Shown here one piece after another: positions 24,201-37,830 of a DNA stretch of 64,000 bases; the stretch's first letter is position 1; every line of letters begins with the position of its first letter. The DNA comes from Antedon mediterranea (taxonomy: Eukaryota > Animalia > Echinodermata). Location of the stretch: NCBI RefSeq assembly GCF_964355755.1, contig NC_092677.1:15832101-15896100 (forward strand). The letters run 5' to 3'. Both the position numbers and the translations under genes were made by a program. Under the pieces are notes generated by a model. The model had not been told where the DNA came from, did not search any database, and saw only the letters and a program-made list of their open reading frames with translations.

Positions 24201-27200
24201 AATTTTAGAATATGGATTGTGGTAGAAAGTTCAACGATAATGTCTAGCATTCTTGAAGAGTGTACAGGAAGAAACAAAAACTATATTATAAGGTTTATTC
24301 TTTATATCTGTATATTTGTTATGTTTAATCAGGCAACAACTCCCTGGTTTAATCTTATTTTCTGTTTTATTTATCTTTACTTTAATTGTGATTTGAGTGA
24401 TTAAAGTCTGAAAGGAATTTTCATAAAGGACTAATAAACCTGAATGCAGACAATCATGAAGATAAATATCAGCCATCATCAACTATTATGCTTTACTACA
24501 TATCCCTTTATCTATTTTACTTCTTTTTTTTTTTCTAATAAATACATATAATATGTGTTTGTACATGAAAATCATTTCAGAATGTTTATCTGGCGGTCTG
24601 TTCTTCGACTTCCTGAGAATCATGCAGCATTTAGCAGCCTGGTGGATAAAGGCACTCATATGGCATGGTCAAAGGTGCATCAGGATTATCCCATTAAGAG
24701 CAGGAAACTTCTCAGAGTATTACAAAGGTAATTTAAATGCTGAACAGCAATTATACCTCCCTTCATGCTTCATTGCTTGTCAGATCCAAAAGTTCATGGT
24801 TTGTCTCAAAACGTTGGCCTAAGACGACCTAGGCTAAGTTTACAGCTTTTGCTTTCTGCTAGTGAAATCATTTATTGCAGGTGACAGTTTTACACTGCAT
24901 AGTCTGTTGGAAGGTTTTTTGTTATCCAATGAGAAGCGTTCTAATATAGACATTCAGTTTGTCTCTTTAGGAGAAAAAACTATGTTATGCTAGGCATTAG
25001 TCATCACTCATTTGCCATTTTTAGATACAGTTCTATCATATGTGGCATATTTTTCTATTCTCTTGAAATTTAATTTAACTTCCCCTGTTAAAAATCTATC
25101 CTAAATACAAATTACATGATTGTTTGGTATCTTTAAACCATCAATATAATTTAGGATTTAATGTTTTTTTAATTTCATTTTCTTTTTGCCAGAACGCTAT
25201 CAGCCTTGGCGCATTGGAGTGTTGTATTTGGAGAGACCAACTATCTTCCAGTTCTTGCTTTTCCATTTATCAAGTTGTTTCAAAACAACCAGTTGGTTTG
25301 CTTTGAAATTATTGCTACTGTTTTGAGTATGTGAATTGTTGTTGTTTTTCATTATACTCACTTTTATAGTATAGCTTGGTGGTTAACATGCTTGCCTTCC
25401 AATCTCAAGGTCCAGGGTTCAATCCTGACCTAGTACCAGGGTTCTAACTCATGACTTTTTCAACTCCACTCCCTAAGCCTTATATGAGACTTAGTTTAGA
25501 AGCACGATTTTAATTATAAAATTGTTTATCCATCCTGTAATTGGTGAGTTTGTTCTCGCTGTTGGATGAGTATGAAATGATAATCTGTAAATTTAAACTT
25601 AAAAGAATTAGGATTGGTTTACATTCAGTTCAGTATACTATTGTATTTTTGCGATACATTATTTTTTTTTCTTTAATTTCATTACTCTCTTATTTTTGAG
25701 AGAGTATTATATCGTTTTAATAGTTACGTTGCCTTTATATATTAATTTTGTATTATGTATGTGTTGAAATGAAATTTAAAAAAATAAATAAATAAAAAGT
25801 TTGTTAATATTATTTATCTCTTTGCATAGACAATTTCTTCAGTTCTATAGTTCTTTAATGGTTTTCTTGTTGTCGTTCTTTTAGTAAATTGGTGTCAACA
25901 CTGGTTTGAGTTCTTTCCAAACCCACCTATCAATATCTTGTCTGTAGTTGAGAATCTTTTGGCTCATCACGATAAAGCACTCTTGCAACACTTTGTAAAA
26001 CATGGCATCACAACGCAGGTGAGGTATTGATTTATTGTAAAAATAATTGAAACTGTTTCTTCAAACTTTGCAGACACTTATAAAACACTTAACACACTAA
26101 TTTGTGTAAATTTTAGTCATATGGCTTAAGCTAAAAAGTATATAAGTCGAAAGATAAATCAATTTTACATTGGAAAATACTATTTTTATTACTAAACCAG
26201 ATTGTCATTGATTTAAAAAATCATTATTTTCTTCCTCTGTTTAAGTGTATTTAAATTTTTAAATTATATACTTTATATGTTAAATTGTATTTGTTTGTCA
26301 AATTTGTAATGAATAAATAAAGGTATATGCTTGGCCAATGATGGAGACACTGTTCTCGGAGATTGTAACAAGAGATGAATGGTTAAAGCTATGGGACAAC
26401 ATCTTCACCAATCATCCATCATTTATGATGTATGTTGTAGCTGCTTACCTGATCTGCTCAAGACAGCCTCTCATAAATTGTGTTGAACTATCAGATTTTG
26501 AAGTAAGTACTCATTAGAATTATTTATTGAATTTAGCTTTCATCAAAGATTGAATTGATCATACATTAAATTTCATTTAAGTAATTTTAGTATACAAGTA
26601 CTAAATGTTTATGAGTTAGATGGTGAGAATATTATGAGTTAAAAAATTGAAAATAGAGCATTAAATATTCTCTCCATTCAACAAATACAAAACAATCATT
26701 ATTTGTTTTATAACATACCTACTTTTTTTCAATTTATCCATTGTAAATCATAGACAAATGCTAAGCCAACAAGCTATACCATTCAAAAAGGCAGTGCTCT
26801 AACTTTAGATTTAGATGCGGTCTAGAACAGTTATTGACGGTGTGCAATAAGTTGATTTCCAAACCTGATTAGTCAACAATGTCACATGACAAACATTCCT
26901 AAAATGTTTACGAAAAGCTGAATATGCATTAGCCGTTCATTATCAGCATTAGATATCACTTTAATGAGATAGGGCTAATTCCAAATGACATGTTACAGGT
27001 AATTAACCAATCAAATTGTATGAATACAAATGTGTATGTACTGTGTATATATGATGGACAATCAATCTATTATTTTTTTCACAGTATTTTTTCCACCACC
27101 GTAATCCTGTTGATATCACTGCAGTAATAAAGTGTGCATATGAACTCCAAAACACCACGCCCAATGAAATCAATCCTGTGAAGGCCATAGAAGACTTTAG

Positions 27201-30200
27201 GCCTTTAACTCGGGGCCAGTATCCAGTGTTCAATAAATACCCCAAGTTTATTGTCGATTACCAGGTAAATGACAGCATTTTTCATTTGATACATTCTCAT
27301 ATTAGCAAAAAATAACAACTTGTAACTAGCTGCAACCAGGTTTGCATAGTGTTAAGGAAATTTTGTGAAGAAAGGGAATCCTGTGAAATCTCAGGAGAAA
27401 ACACACTAGCATTAGACGAATTTGTACTGCACATATGTCTTGACTGACCTACCACAGTACACCTGTTTGAAAGTATTAGAGTATGATATTGTGTTGCCAT
27501 CCCCCCTCCCCCCAACTATTATCACAATGACAATATTGTACTTCTGATATTTCACAAGATTCACAATTACGGGTATCATGTAATAAGTTGGAAGATCAAA
27601 GTATGTTTACAACTTGTTCAGATTTATGCAGGTGTGAATGGTACACTAATTACAATTCTTGTACGTTTTATATAAAATTAAAATACATCACTTTTTTGTT
27701 TTACAACTGGTAATGAATACAAACATCTAGAGGTTCTGTACTTCTATGTTTTTTCTTTTTGTATCTGTTGCAGGCTCAGGAACGAGAACAGATTAGACAA
27801 GATGAAATGGACTATCTGCACCAGAGAGAAGTGGCAAACGAGATTAAAGAGCAGACAGAGCTGAGAAAGAAGAAAGAGGAGGGATGGTATCACCAGCAAG
27901 AGCTGCTACAAGAGGCAGAAGAAGAAAGAAGAAGGAACTTGATGACAGAGGAACAGAAACTTGCGGATCAAAGACTTAGGTGAACTTTCATTTATTCATC
28001 AGTGTGGAAAATTAGTTTCATTTATTGTCATTTTCATATAAAATATACATTTCGTTCTCTGAGCTCTGAGATATACTAAAACACATAAATGAAAAACTAT
28101 TACAAAGTGTCAGATCACTCTCATCTGGTATACTGTCAAGCAATCATTCAGTGCCTGAATGGCAGCTGGATAAAAACTGTTAAGAAACCTATTTGTATGA
28201 AAGATGATGAACCGGTAACGTCTACCACTATCACCTCAAATACATTATGCATGGCATGAGTAGAATCTTGCAAAATAGAGTTTGTTTTCTTAATTAATTG
28301 ATTTGAAAATATTTCTTGCTGTGGTAATCCATTTGCAGCTCAAAGGAAACTATACTGTGATACGCCAATATGATTGAGAGGGTTTATATGCCACAACTCT
28401 ACAGATCATACATAAACCGATGTAAAGCGAATAATGAATTTGAATAACTCAGTACCACTACATGGTATCATCAATTGTCATCCTGGTATATCCTGATAAA
28501 AGCAGCAGGCCCAATAACTACTTTGACATAAACGGGGACTGAATTTCTACTTTAGTTAGCAAAAGCATTAGTAGGAATGAGAGAAAGAGTGAAGAGTTAT
28601 TAATGAGTGGCCAAGCGGTTAAGACATTGGAACCTAACCATACCTAACCATGATATAGGCAAGGGTTCGAGGCTTACTCACTCCCTGGTTCTGCTGGTAG
28701 AACGAGTCTTCTTAGACAAGGACTATAAACCATAGGTCCAGTGTACACATCTGACTCAAGTGCACTTTAAAGAACCTAGTACATCTTTCGAGACGAGTAG
28801 AGGGTTACTCCGGTGTACTAGACACTTTTATCATAACTCATCAGGACTCACCTTGATTGTCAGCATACGCTGTTAACCCTATATAAATAAGTTTAAGGAA
28901 AAAAACAAATAAAAATGAATTTGTGCACAGATTGCATCTACACTGCATACCCATAAATGCATACTATAAAGTTAGCTGTACTACTAGTAAAATATTGATA
29001 ATTAATTAAATTTTATGATTATTTTTGTATTATTTTTGTTTATATTATACTGTTAAAATTTGTTTAGATTGCAAGCTATGAAACGTGAGCTTTGTATGCG
29101 GGAAATGCAGGTACTGGATGCTACACGGATGCGTTTCATGGAACATCAAGGTAACCAGCGAGAAACACAGTTGAGGAGACTTGACGATGAGCTGACGAGA
29201 AAGGTCAGTAGTAGAATTGGTGTTCAAAAACAAGAAGCACTGCCTTATTCCCTTGAAAAATGTCGTACTGATGACCACTGGGACTGGATAATCAAGCATC
29301 ATAACTAACAACCAATTTCTCCCAGTACCTTGTCTAAATGTTCAGTGAATTGCATTGTTTTTTGTATTGAATTTAATAGAACCTTTTATGATGAAAAGGA
29401 ACAAAATTAAGTGAAATCTACTATACTATCATCAGTTCAAAATATTAAACTCAGTGACGTAACAGGTATGAGTGCTCACTGGCTTAACTAAGGGCCTCGG
29501 AGCCTATAGGCCTGGAGGGGAAAATGGCTTTAAAGTATGTCGAATAAGGCTAAAAGCACCCTGCATCGTTGAAGGGCGACTTGGGGTTCCTAAAACCAGG
29601 AGCCTCAGCGTTACATCACTGATTAAACTACAGTACTATTGTCTTAAAGTTCATGATAGCTACCATATTTTCTTGCAGTCCTTTCTTCGTGAACAAGAAA
29701 CACAATCAGCTGTAGCAGATGTTGAAATCAAAAGCATGGAATTAGAAATACAGAAGGAACGGCTACATCAGGTATTCTACTTATACAACTCATAAACAAT
29801 ACTGTTATAAGGGTCTTTCCCACCTATTCAAATAGGTAGAATGTCAATGTTTTGTTTTCACGTGGCTACGGAAATATAGATTTGGCGCATAACCGCCTAG
29901 AGCATTGTGAAAACAAAACATTGATTCGGCGGCGGACTTGAACCGTGCTGGAACAAGTGTGAAGACCCTTTAATGGAGTAGTGAATCTTTACTATGATTT
30001 TGCTTAGAAAATTACTCTAAATGTGATATGGAATATTAAGTTTGATTGTTGGTAGCATATCTAGTTTCCTCTTGATTTTTTTTTGAATTCTTTATCATTT
30101 AATGTATTTTTTATAGGAATTGGCCAAGGAATCAAGTACTGTGGAGTTTAAGGAAAAGCTATACCAAGACTCTCACAGGCGGCAAACTGACCTTGCAGAA

Positions 30201-32541
30201 AGGGTCAGCAGGAAAACCTGGCACAGTAACCAGCTTGACCATCAACAAGATAGTACGGTCAGTTATTTTAAACCAAAAACGTGTAGTACTGAAATAGATT
30301 TAAAAATTAATTCACTCTCAACTCAGTATATATTTATAATGCTAACTTTGACCGATGATTCCAGGTGCAATGTATAATGTTTTAACTTTTTTGAGTTTTT
30401 GTCTGTTTTTAACATCTGCATATTATATTGTTTTACTTTTAGCATCAGGAAAAAGAATTTTAAGTTTTTATTTATTTTTTAAAATTTTATTTTTAGAGAT
30501 GAAAACCTCCCCTAAATAGTTGATATACATGAAACAGTAATATAATGTAATGATATATACAAAAATGACAACATATTTAAAACGTTTAGAAAAGTGAAAA
30601 TAAATATCGTGTATCTTGTTTAGTTAAGGGAAACAAATATACATTTTTAAATTGTGGTCTTTAAAATATGAAAACTCTTTGGTTTATATTTCGCTTTCAA
30701 GTAATTATTGTTACAAAAGGTACAACAACAAAGGTCTACATTACAGCATTGATAATGTTTCCATTTAATTGTTTTAATTAATTAATCCATTAATGTTATT
30801 TACTTTTCTTTATCTTTATAGAATGCTCAATGGAGGTTGGCTTTAGCTGATCAACGTAAAACAGACTTAGAATACCAGAATGAAGTAAAACATCGTCAAA
30901 GATTGGATGACATCGACAGGAAGTTACATCAGTTACAAGTAAATAATAATATAGTAATAGTCATATAGCATAATTCTTATATAGCACAAATAAGCAAGCT
31001 CTCAATGCACTGTACATTAATTAAAATAGAGTGGCAATAAGTTAAATTGTTTGAAAAGGAAATACTTCAACTGGATCTTGAATCTTGAGTTTAGAGTAGT
31101 ACACTGTCTGATTGAAATTGGTAGGGAATTCCACAGAGTTGGCGCTGCCACAGAAAATGCTTTTCCACCATATGTACTGTAGATGTCCTGTCCTGTTGCA
31201 TTGGTTTTGTCATAATTGGTGTGCCATATGAGTTTTTGACGTTTTCATATGTGTTTTTTCAATTATAATTATTGAAAACTAGGATTTGTCTTTGCATATT
31301 GTTTATAGAGTAATTGAGATACAACAGAAAGTAATGTTTTCTTTCGTTGTAGATAAGTACTCTGCAAACCAAATCAACCAATGAAGAGGAAGCTATCTGG
31401 GATACGATAGAAGAACTTAAAAGAGAAAAGGTTTGTCATTTCCCTGTTTCCCTATTTCTCAATAAAAATACTACTCTGTATAAAGACTGTCTACACTATC
31501 AAACTTGCCTATAGTATATATGGACATGATGATGTCATATCACTACCATATTTGGGCATATCACTACTATATTTGGGCACATCACATTTTTTTTGTCAAA
31601 CTAGTTTGATAGTGTAGACAGAGCTTTAGGTTGCCCAAAACTGTAAACATGTAAGCCTAAATATGTTCACCTTTTGATTTGTAGGATCTAATTTGGGAAA
31701 TGTTGATTAAACAAAAAGAGAGAGAAGGCAATGCTGATGTAATTCAACCTGTCATTCAAATTCAGTCTGACAATTCACCCCAACAGACAAATGATGAATG
31801 TAAGTATGATTGTTTTACATACTTTCTAGTTCAAGAAACATGTTATTGAATTCTACTACATACCCCTGAAACTTGAATGGAAGAGTATGCATTTTGATAT
31901 TTATTGCTCCTTGTGTTTTGTTGACATAAATTTTGCGGTACACCACATATAGTTCTGAAAAGAAAGCTACAATAGCAAGATTCATACCAGTCTAACCCAA
32001 TCTCCTGGACTTTCTGCATGATCACTCCTGCCGGGACAATCAAAGTATATTGATCGAAATGTCGAGAAACTCAAAAGTTTTTTTCTTCAGAACTATACGT
32101 TGGTGGTGTACCGCAAACTTTATATCAACATTTCGCAATGCAAACCTTTGAAAAATATATCCTTGTGTTTTATAACTAGCTGCATTCTATATACAAAAAA
32201 ATATAAGAAAGGTACTGGCTCAATGGTAAGGATAGGCGTCACGTTTGCATTCTTAGGCAAGATGCTTTACTTTCATTACTTTCACTCACATCGTATATAA
32301 CTATTGCAAAAGAAGAATTTAGGCGGTACTCTCTGAAGCTGCCATGGACCAGATGAAGATGCTATCCAAACAATTTTAATGGATTGTGTGCCACAATATT
32401 TCTCATCTTTTTTATGTTTTTGTTTTGATAGTTTCGTTGGATAGAGGAAGACTTGTATTTCCAGAACGTGAAAAAGAGCTGCTTCAACATGTTCGTGAAT
32501 TAAGAGCCAAAATAGCATCGGACAAGAGTCATCGACCATGA
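18241..32541 (+). CDS. TBC1D31: TBC1 domain family member 31 (WDR67): WD40 + TBC + coiled coil, about 1015 aa
   Basis: 22 exons totalling 3048 nt in frame: 18241-18317, 18838-18993, 19662-19777, 20607-20785, 21434-21582, 21999-22158, 22735-22935, 23573-23728, 24099-24181, 24581-24727, 25193-25326, 25885-26018, 26323-26502, 27085-27264, 27774-27979, 29068-29203, 29679-29771, 30117-30257, 30822-30938, 31353-31430, 31685-31799, 32432-32541. Motifs: ESGKIWHRKPS, LKGYGEYPAKYRMFIWR, NWCQHWFEFFPNPP, GQYPVFNKYPKFIVDYQ. The last exons are less certain. Confidence 0.93.
19759..20283 (+). repeat. 29-bp minisatellite (ATTAAATGCTATGATACTG|GTCAGTGTGC), about 18 copies, spanning the exon 3 splice donor
   Basis: Directly visible; the first unit overlaps the last 19 nt of TBC1D31 exon 3. 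Confidence 0.96.
22209..22510 (+). mobile_element. tRNA-derived SINE with a Deu/Nin-like central domain
   Basis: Head gagtgagtggccgagcggttaagac, core gataaggattataaac...gcactttaaagaac...ttcgagac.agtaggg..ttaccccg and an A-rich tail. Confidence 0.7.
25368..25560 (+). mobile_element. tRNA-derived SINE fragment
   Basis: A box tagcttggtggtt and B box gggttcaatcc. Confidence 0.45.
28604..28890 (+). mobile_element. Second copy of the Deu/Nin-like SINE
   Basis: gagtggccaagcggttaagac...ggttcga...aaggactataaaccataggtcc...gcactttaaagaacc...ttcgagacgagtagagggttactccggtg aligns with 22209-22510. Confidence 0.7.
29810..29969. mobile_element. Harbinger-type MITE
   Basis: TIRs agggtctttccac / gtgtgaagaccct, internal IR tcaatgttttgttttcac / gtgaaaacaaaacattga, and TWA-like flanks. 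Confidence 0.55.
30975..31170 (-). mobile_element. 3' fragment of an L2-type LINE
   Basis: cttatatagcac...ctctcaatgcactgtaca and agggaattccacagagttggcgctgccacagaaaatgc, which read on the minus strand as AFSVAAPTLWNSLP, typical of L2 ORF2 C-termini. Confidence 0.7.
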
Positions 32542-32753
32542 TATCATTGTAGAGTACTATACTTTGCCGACGAAATACTGATGTGCTTAATTGGTTAACT
32601 AAAGTGATTGTCAAACAAGTACCCCACAATAAGTTATAAAACTTTCAGATAAAATATTTATTTGTGTATAATAATGATAATATAGAAATTGAACATTGTC
32701 ATAATATTGGCATTTAAAGTAAAGAGCATACATTTTGAGAGAGTAAACAAATA

Positions 32754-34539
32754 TTAGTTGTGGTTCTTTGTGAAATTAAATAATTCGAATTCAATGTGAT
32801 CAATTAAGTCTTCGATGGCTGGTCTTTGGTCTGGTCTGGAATGAAGACAGGGTCCGCTGATATCCATTAGCGGCATTAATGCTTTGTTAGCGGCAATTCC
32901 TTCAATTATAACACCAAAACTGTAGATGTCTGAGGCAAATGTCGGTGGTGTGTTGATGTTATACAGCTCTGGTGCATGTTCCAGGTGATCTTGCATGAGG
33001 TCGAAGACATCAGCTTTGTCGGTATCGTTCAATTGGAAGAAATCAAACGGTGCTTCTGCGGTGCAAACTGAGCCAAAATCGACAATTTTTGCGGAGATAC
33101 GAGGACCCTTGTTGTAAAGAAGAATATTGCGGCTAGCCAGGTCATTGTGAATCAAACTATTCTTCTGCAGTATTTCGATTCCTTCTGCGATGTCCAAAAT
33201 TATGTGAAAACAATCAACCGTGGTAATATGTGGTGAACCACTTGCCAAAGCTTTCATCAATGATGTTGATTTGAATGATGTTGAGTCGCCAACAAATTCC
33301 ATAACAATGGCCCATTGTGTGTCGGATGTTACTGCTTCACAAACACCATATACCCGTGGAAACACGTCACTTTCTTGGGATAACACCTTCATTATTCTAG
33401 CTTCAAGGGAAACTGCCAGCTTGTCGATGAACCGATTGAATTTGTTAGACTTGTTGGTTGTTGTGATAGCCTTAACAGCCACAAGTTTGCCATTACAATC
33501 TCCAAGGCGATTAAGACAAACTTGCCCATACGACCCAGAGCCAAGTACTACCTATAAATTAAAAAGATAATCATTTAATATTAGTTTAGACGTTTTCAAA
33601 CACATGTGCAGTTTTTTAAAGATCGATTAACCGTATACTTCATAGATACTTTGTCAGGATATTGAAATTCAGAACCGTTTGAATTCAATTTAACCTACCC
33701 GATGATTATCCTTCGTTACTGGATACAGACAATCAGATGCCAAACATTGAACATGGTTTTTAAGTTTTCCATCCATTATCTGGATTTCAATTGACATGCA
33801 GTTTATCCAGTGTTTCGAAATTAGAGAAGTCTTGAAGTCTTGTTTGATCAGGTGATTGCTACAAATTGATGATTGATCGTAAGAGGTCAGTGAAGTGATG
33901 CTTGGACTAGACAGACTTGAGTAATGTCCATTGTTCGTAAGGATGTTACTGTTCCTTCCATCTGGTGTGTATCCAATTGCCGGTACATTATTGATAACGT
34001 CCAGGGAGCACCATTTTCTTATCCAGTTAAGAGCTATCATTGAGTCAGCCTCGCCGTTTCTACGTCCAAAGATGCGTCCATCCAGAATGAGGAGATCTCT
34101 TGCAAATCCACTTATTATGCCGTTGTCAATGTCAAATGGCAATTCTTGATTTTCATATGCGATGGCTGATGTTTGAGGTAGGGTCACGATAGCAAGTCCA
34201 TATATGATTTGAATAATTGTGATTCTTAAGGCAGGGGGAACATTACACCAGGTTTGAAACGAAGTTTGATACTCATTTGTCGTATTTTCATCATCATTCA
34301 CATTAGAGAAACAGCACATGACATATTTGTTGAAGAAGCCTGAAATGGCTGTTCGGCTGAAACAAATACATATTTATTATTTTTTCATTGTATTTGCTGG
34401 TTGGGGTGTCCTCGGATATTCATTCATTCATCGTGGTACTTTTTCTGATGAAATAAAATTGTATTATAACTTACCTGTTCTTAAAACATTTACTGGGTTT
34501 CCAGGATTTAAAGAAGGTTTTCCACGACCTCCCAGGCAT
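32754..34539 (-). CDS. Lineage-specific tyrosine-kinase-like protein kinase (non-RD, HND loop), about 506 aa
   Basis: Exons 34539-34475, 34356-33699 and 33551-32754 join in frame, with a probable 5'UTR exon ending at 34681. The kinase motifs GSGSYG, VAVK, alphaC E, HNDLASRN, DFG, HAPE, SDIYSFG and RP are all intact. Confidence 0.8.
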
Positions 34540-35582
34540 TGCTGAAACAAAAAGGACGCACGTGTTAATATTTAGTAGGTTTAAATTCAAGTTTATATAC
34601 TGGCACGACCCGTGTTTCTTCGACTATATATAAATAGGCCTAGATGCCCTATACATAATATAATTTTAATTGTTGCTTACCTCTGGAGGTTTAATAGAAA
34701 AACTTAATTTGAAAGTATTAAATCTAAAACACAAACAGAAAACCAACACAAAATGAGAAAATCTACCTATTTCTAATGGACTAACGTTTGGTGTACTTTG
34801 TAGTAGCGCTTTAAATTGATTATATCGAATTAAAAAACAATTTAAATATAGGACTACCTAATTTTATTTTTAAGAATTAAAAACTTTAATAATCTAAATA
34901 AATAAGCAGAAACATACTGAGCTTTGTAGATTGCGTGTTCACTTTTGAAAATGCATCCAAGTAATGTTTTGTTTAGTTGTCATGCAGCTACCATTGTAAC
35001 TATGTTACCATGAGACACGCGTGCGCATGGAAGAGTGCGCACGAGATACGGAAGCGCATGGCGTATTTGTATAGCAACAAACGTTGATGGCGTGTGTTAA
35101 GCTCTACACACTCTTTTTTGTCAATATTATAGTGAAGACAGCTTTAGACATGGCCAGAGGCATTCTTTTAAATTATGCCTCTCGGACATATGTTATTATC
35201 GTCACAATGTGAATAAAGTGTAGGCCTATACTGTTCAGGAAACTTTTCTAACGCAGGCCTAGGTCTTCTTGTATTTGTTCAGCAATCCTACTAAAAGACA
35301 CAGTATTATCTAAAGTTTTCGTAGTTGGCCCCTCCTATATATCGCACTAAAAGTATTTGTAAATCTTGAACGGAAAAAAAGTTAGTCGGCCTGCTCAGAG
35401 CATCGTGTCGTGTCCATAGCACACTGACAGTACAGCCAACCATGACATTCATGTTGAATTCTTTAATCTTATTTGTTTTAAATAAAAATGTACTCAATTC
35501 ATTTCATACGCTCACTCTTCAACAAATTTTATTCTAAATATCTGTATAGAAATACAATTATGTTGATTAGGCCTATATTTAT

Positions 35583-37668
35583 GTTGTTTTGAATCTACGG
35601 ACTGGGGTGTTTTCTCAGAATCCGAAAATTCTATCGATGTTGAAGTGAATGCTGTTTGTTCATACATAAACTATTGTGCTGATACCATTATACCAAAAAT
35701 GTACCCAAATTGCAAGCCATGGTTTTTACATGAAACGAAATGTCTCATAGTTAAAAAGAAAAAAGAATATGCAGCCGGTAAGAAAGATGAAGCGAAGCGA
35801 ATTCAGAAGGAGATTGATGCTAGTATATTAAAAGCAAAACAAAAATATAAAGCTAAAATGGAAAAACATTTCAAGGATAAAGACACGCATTCGGCCTGGA
35901 AGGCAATGTATATGCTCACTGACTACAAAGAAAAACCGAAAAAATACGTAGGTGAATGTGACAAGAAGTTTGTGGACTCCTTAAACAAATTTTTCTGCAG
36001 ATTTGATGATGGTCAATATGAAACAGACATGTTGGCTACCAGTGAGAAACTTAACAATCTTAAAGATAATGAATATAATAATAATAATAATAATAATAAT
36101 ATTGGTAATGATGATAATAATAATGTTCTTGTTAATGAAGACGAGGTCTTAAGAGAATTTGCACGTGTAAAAGTCAATAAGGCAACTGGACCAGATGGGA
36201 TTTCAAACAGAATTTTAAAAGTGTGCAATATCCAACTATGTCCAATTTTTACTCATATTTTTAATATTATTTTTAGAAATGGTACTGTTCCACGCATATG
36301 GAAAACTTCTATCATAAATCCATTGCCTAAAGTTAATAAACCTAGTGTACCAAAAGATTTTAGACCAATTGTAATTACTTCAAATTTAATGAAATGCTTA
36401 GAAAGGTTGATTGTTTCTAGACTTAAGGAAAATATTGGTAATGCAGATAAGAATCAATTTGCATACAAGAAAAATAGAGGGGTTGACGATGCTGTTAATT
36501 CTTATCTCCATGATGCATATCATCACCTTGATTCAAAAAGAAATTATGTACGGTCTATATTTTTCGATTTCTCCGGTGCTTTTAATACTATTTTACCACA
36601 TGTTTTAATTGATAGATTATTAAGTTTTAATGTCTCACCTCAGCTCGCCAAAGTTATATATAGTTTTTTGATTAATAGACCGCAGATGGTTAAGTGCAAT
36701 GGTATCCTATCCAACAAAGAATCTACCAGTGTTGGAGCTCCTCAAGGATGTGTTATCTCTCCAATTTTGTTCTCTTTTTATTCTAGTAGTTTTAATACTT
36801 TAAGTAAGTGGTTTTCTTTGCGATAGTAAGCATTATGTAAATGGTAAATGAATTTGTTAATGAAGTTGGAAGATTTGTTAATTGGTGTGAAGATATGAAC
36901 TTAATACTTAATATTACTAAAACCAAAGAGATGATAATAGATTTTCGTAAAACCGCAGTTGAACATAATGTAATAACTATTAAAGAAACCGAGGTTGAAA
37001 GAGTAACCCAATACAAATACTTAGGTACTATAATTGACAACAAATTAAAATGGGAGTCAAACTCTCTCATGATTTCCAAGAAGGCATCTCAAAGGCTCTA
37101 CTTTCTCAGAAAACTCAAGCAAATTAGAGTTGATAACACTATTTTAATTCTATTTTATCAAAGTATTATTCAAAGTATTTTATCTTTTAGCATTGGATGT
37201 TTTTATGGTAACTTTACTGAAAATGATAAGAAAAATATTGAGAGACCACGTAAAATTGCACAACGTATTATTAAAGCTGATCTAACGCCTTGTTCATTTA
37301 TCTATGAAAAGAGTATTCTAAAAAAAGTAAACAATATTATGAAAGACCCCACTCATCCGTTACATTACTGTTATAACTTAAATAGATCAGGCATTAGGCT
37401 ACGACCTCCAAGAGCAAATCTTTGTAGAACTAGAAAATCCTTCGTTGTAAATAGCATTCATATTTTTAATTCTAATGTAAGACGTTAATGCAATTTTTAT
37501 TAGTTTTACATTTTTAACAGTATTTTTTACTTTTTATCTTGTATTTTTAATCTGTTATAATACTGCACGTTTTTAAATTGTTGCAATACTGTTGTTTTAA
37601 TCTACCAAGCAAAGTGAATTTCCATTTTTATGGACAAATAAAATTTCTTGAATCTTGAATCTTGAATC
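35583..37668 (+). mobile_element. 5'-truncated non-LTR retrotransposon (Rex/Babar-like, CR1/L2 group) with disrupted RT
   Basis: Motifs CFESTDW, NCKPW, KATGPDGI, DFRPIVIT, QFAY, FFDFSGAFNTI, GAPQGCVISP, LNITKTKEMIIDFRK and YKYLG. The YADD region is missing, with a frame break at about 36800-36840. AATAAA at 37637 is followed by a (TCTTGAA)3 tail. Confidence 0.92.
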
Positions 37669-37687
37669 TTTAGATAAGATAGTATGG

Positions 37688-37830
37688 TTTTTATAGTCGC
37701 GTGCAAACGCGACTTTACAGCTTACTATGTCGGTCGGTCGGTTGATTGGTCGGCCGGTCGGTCGGTCGGTAAACACTGACTCAAATTTGAGCACGCGACT
37801 GCAGCCATGTAGGCCTATATGGCCTTGTTC
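37688..37830 (+). mobile_element. Short HINE/DINE-1-like element
   Basis: T-rich start, IR agtcgcgtgc / gcacgcgact, (GGTC)n microsatellite, 3' hairpin gccatgtaggcctatatggc, then ttgtt. Confidence 0.6.

Noticed and set aside
33220-34149. Plus-strand ORFs of 116 and 72 aa
   Set aside because: They are antisense shadows of the kinase exons.
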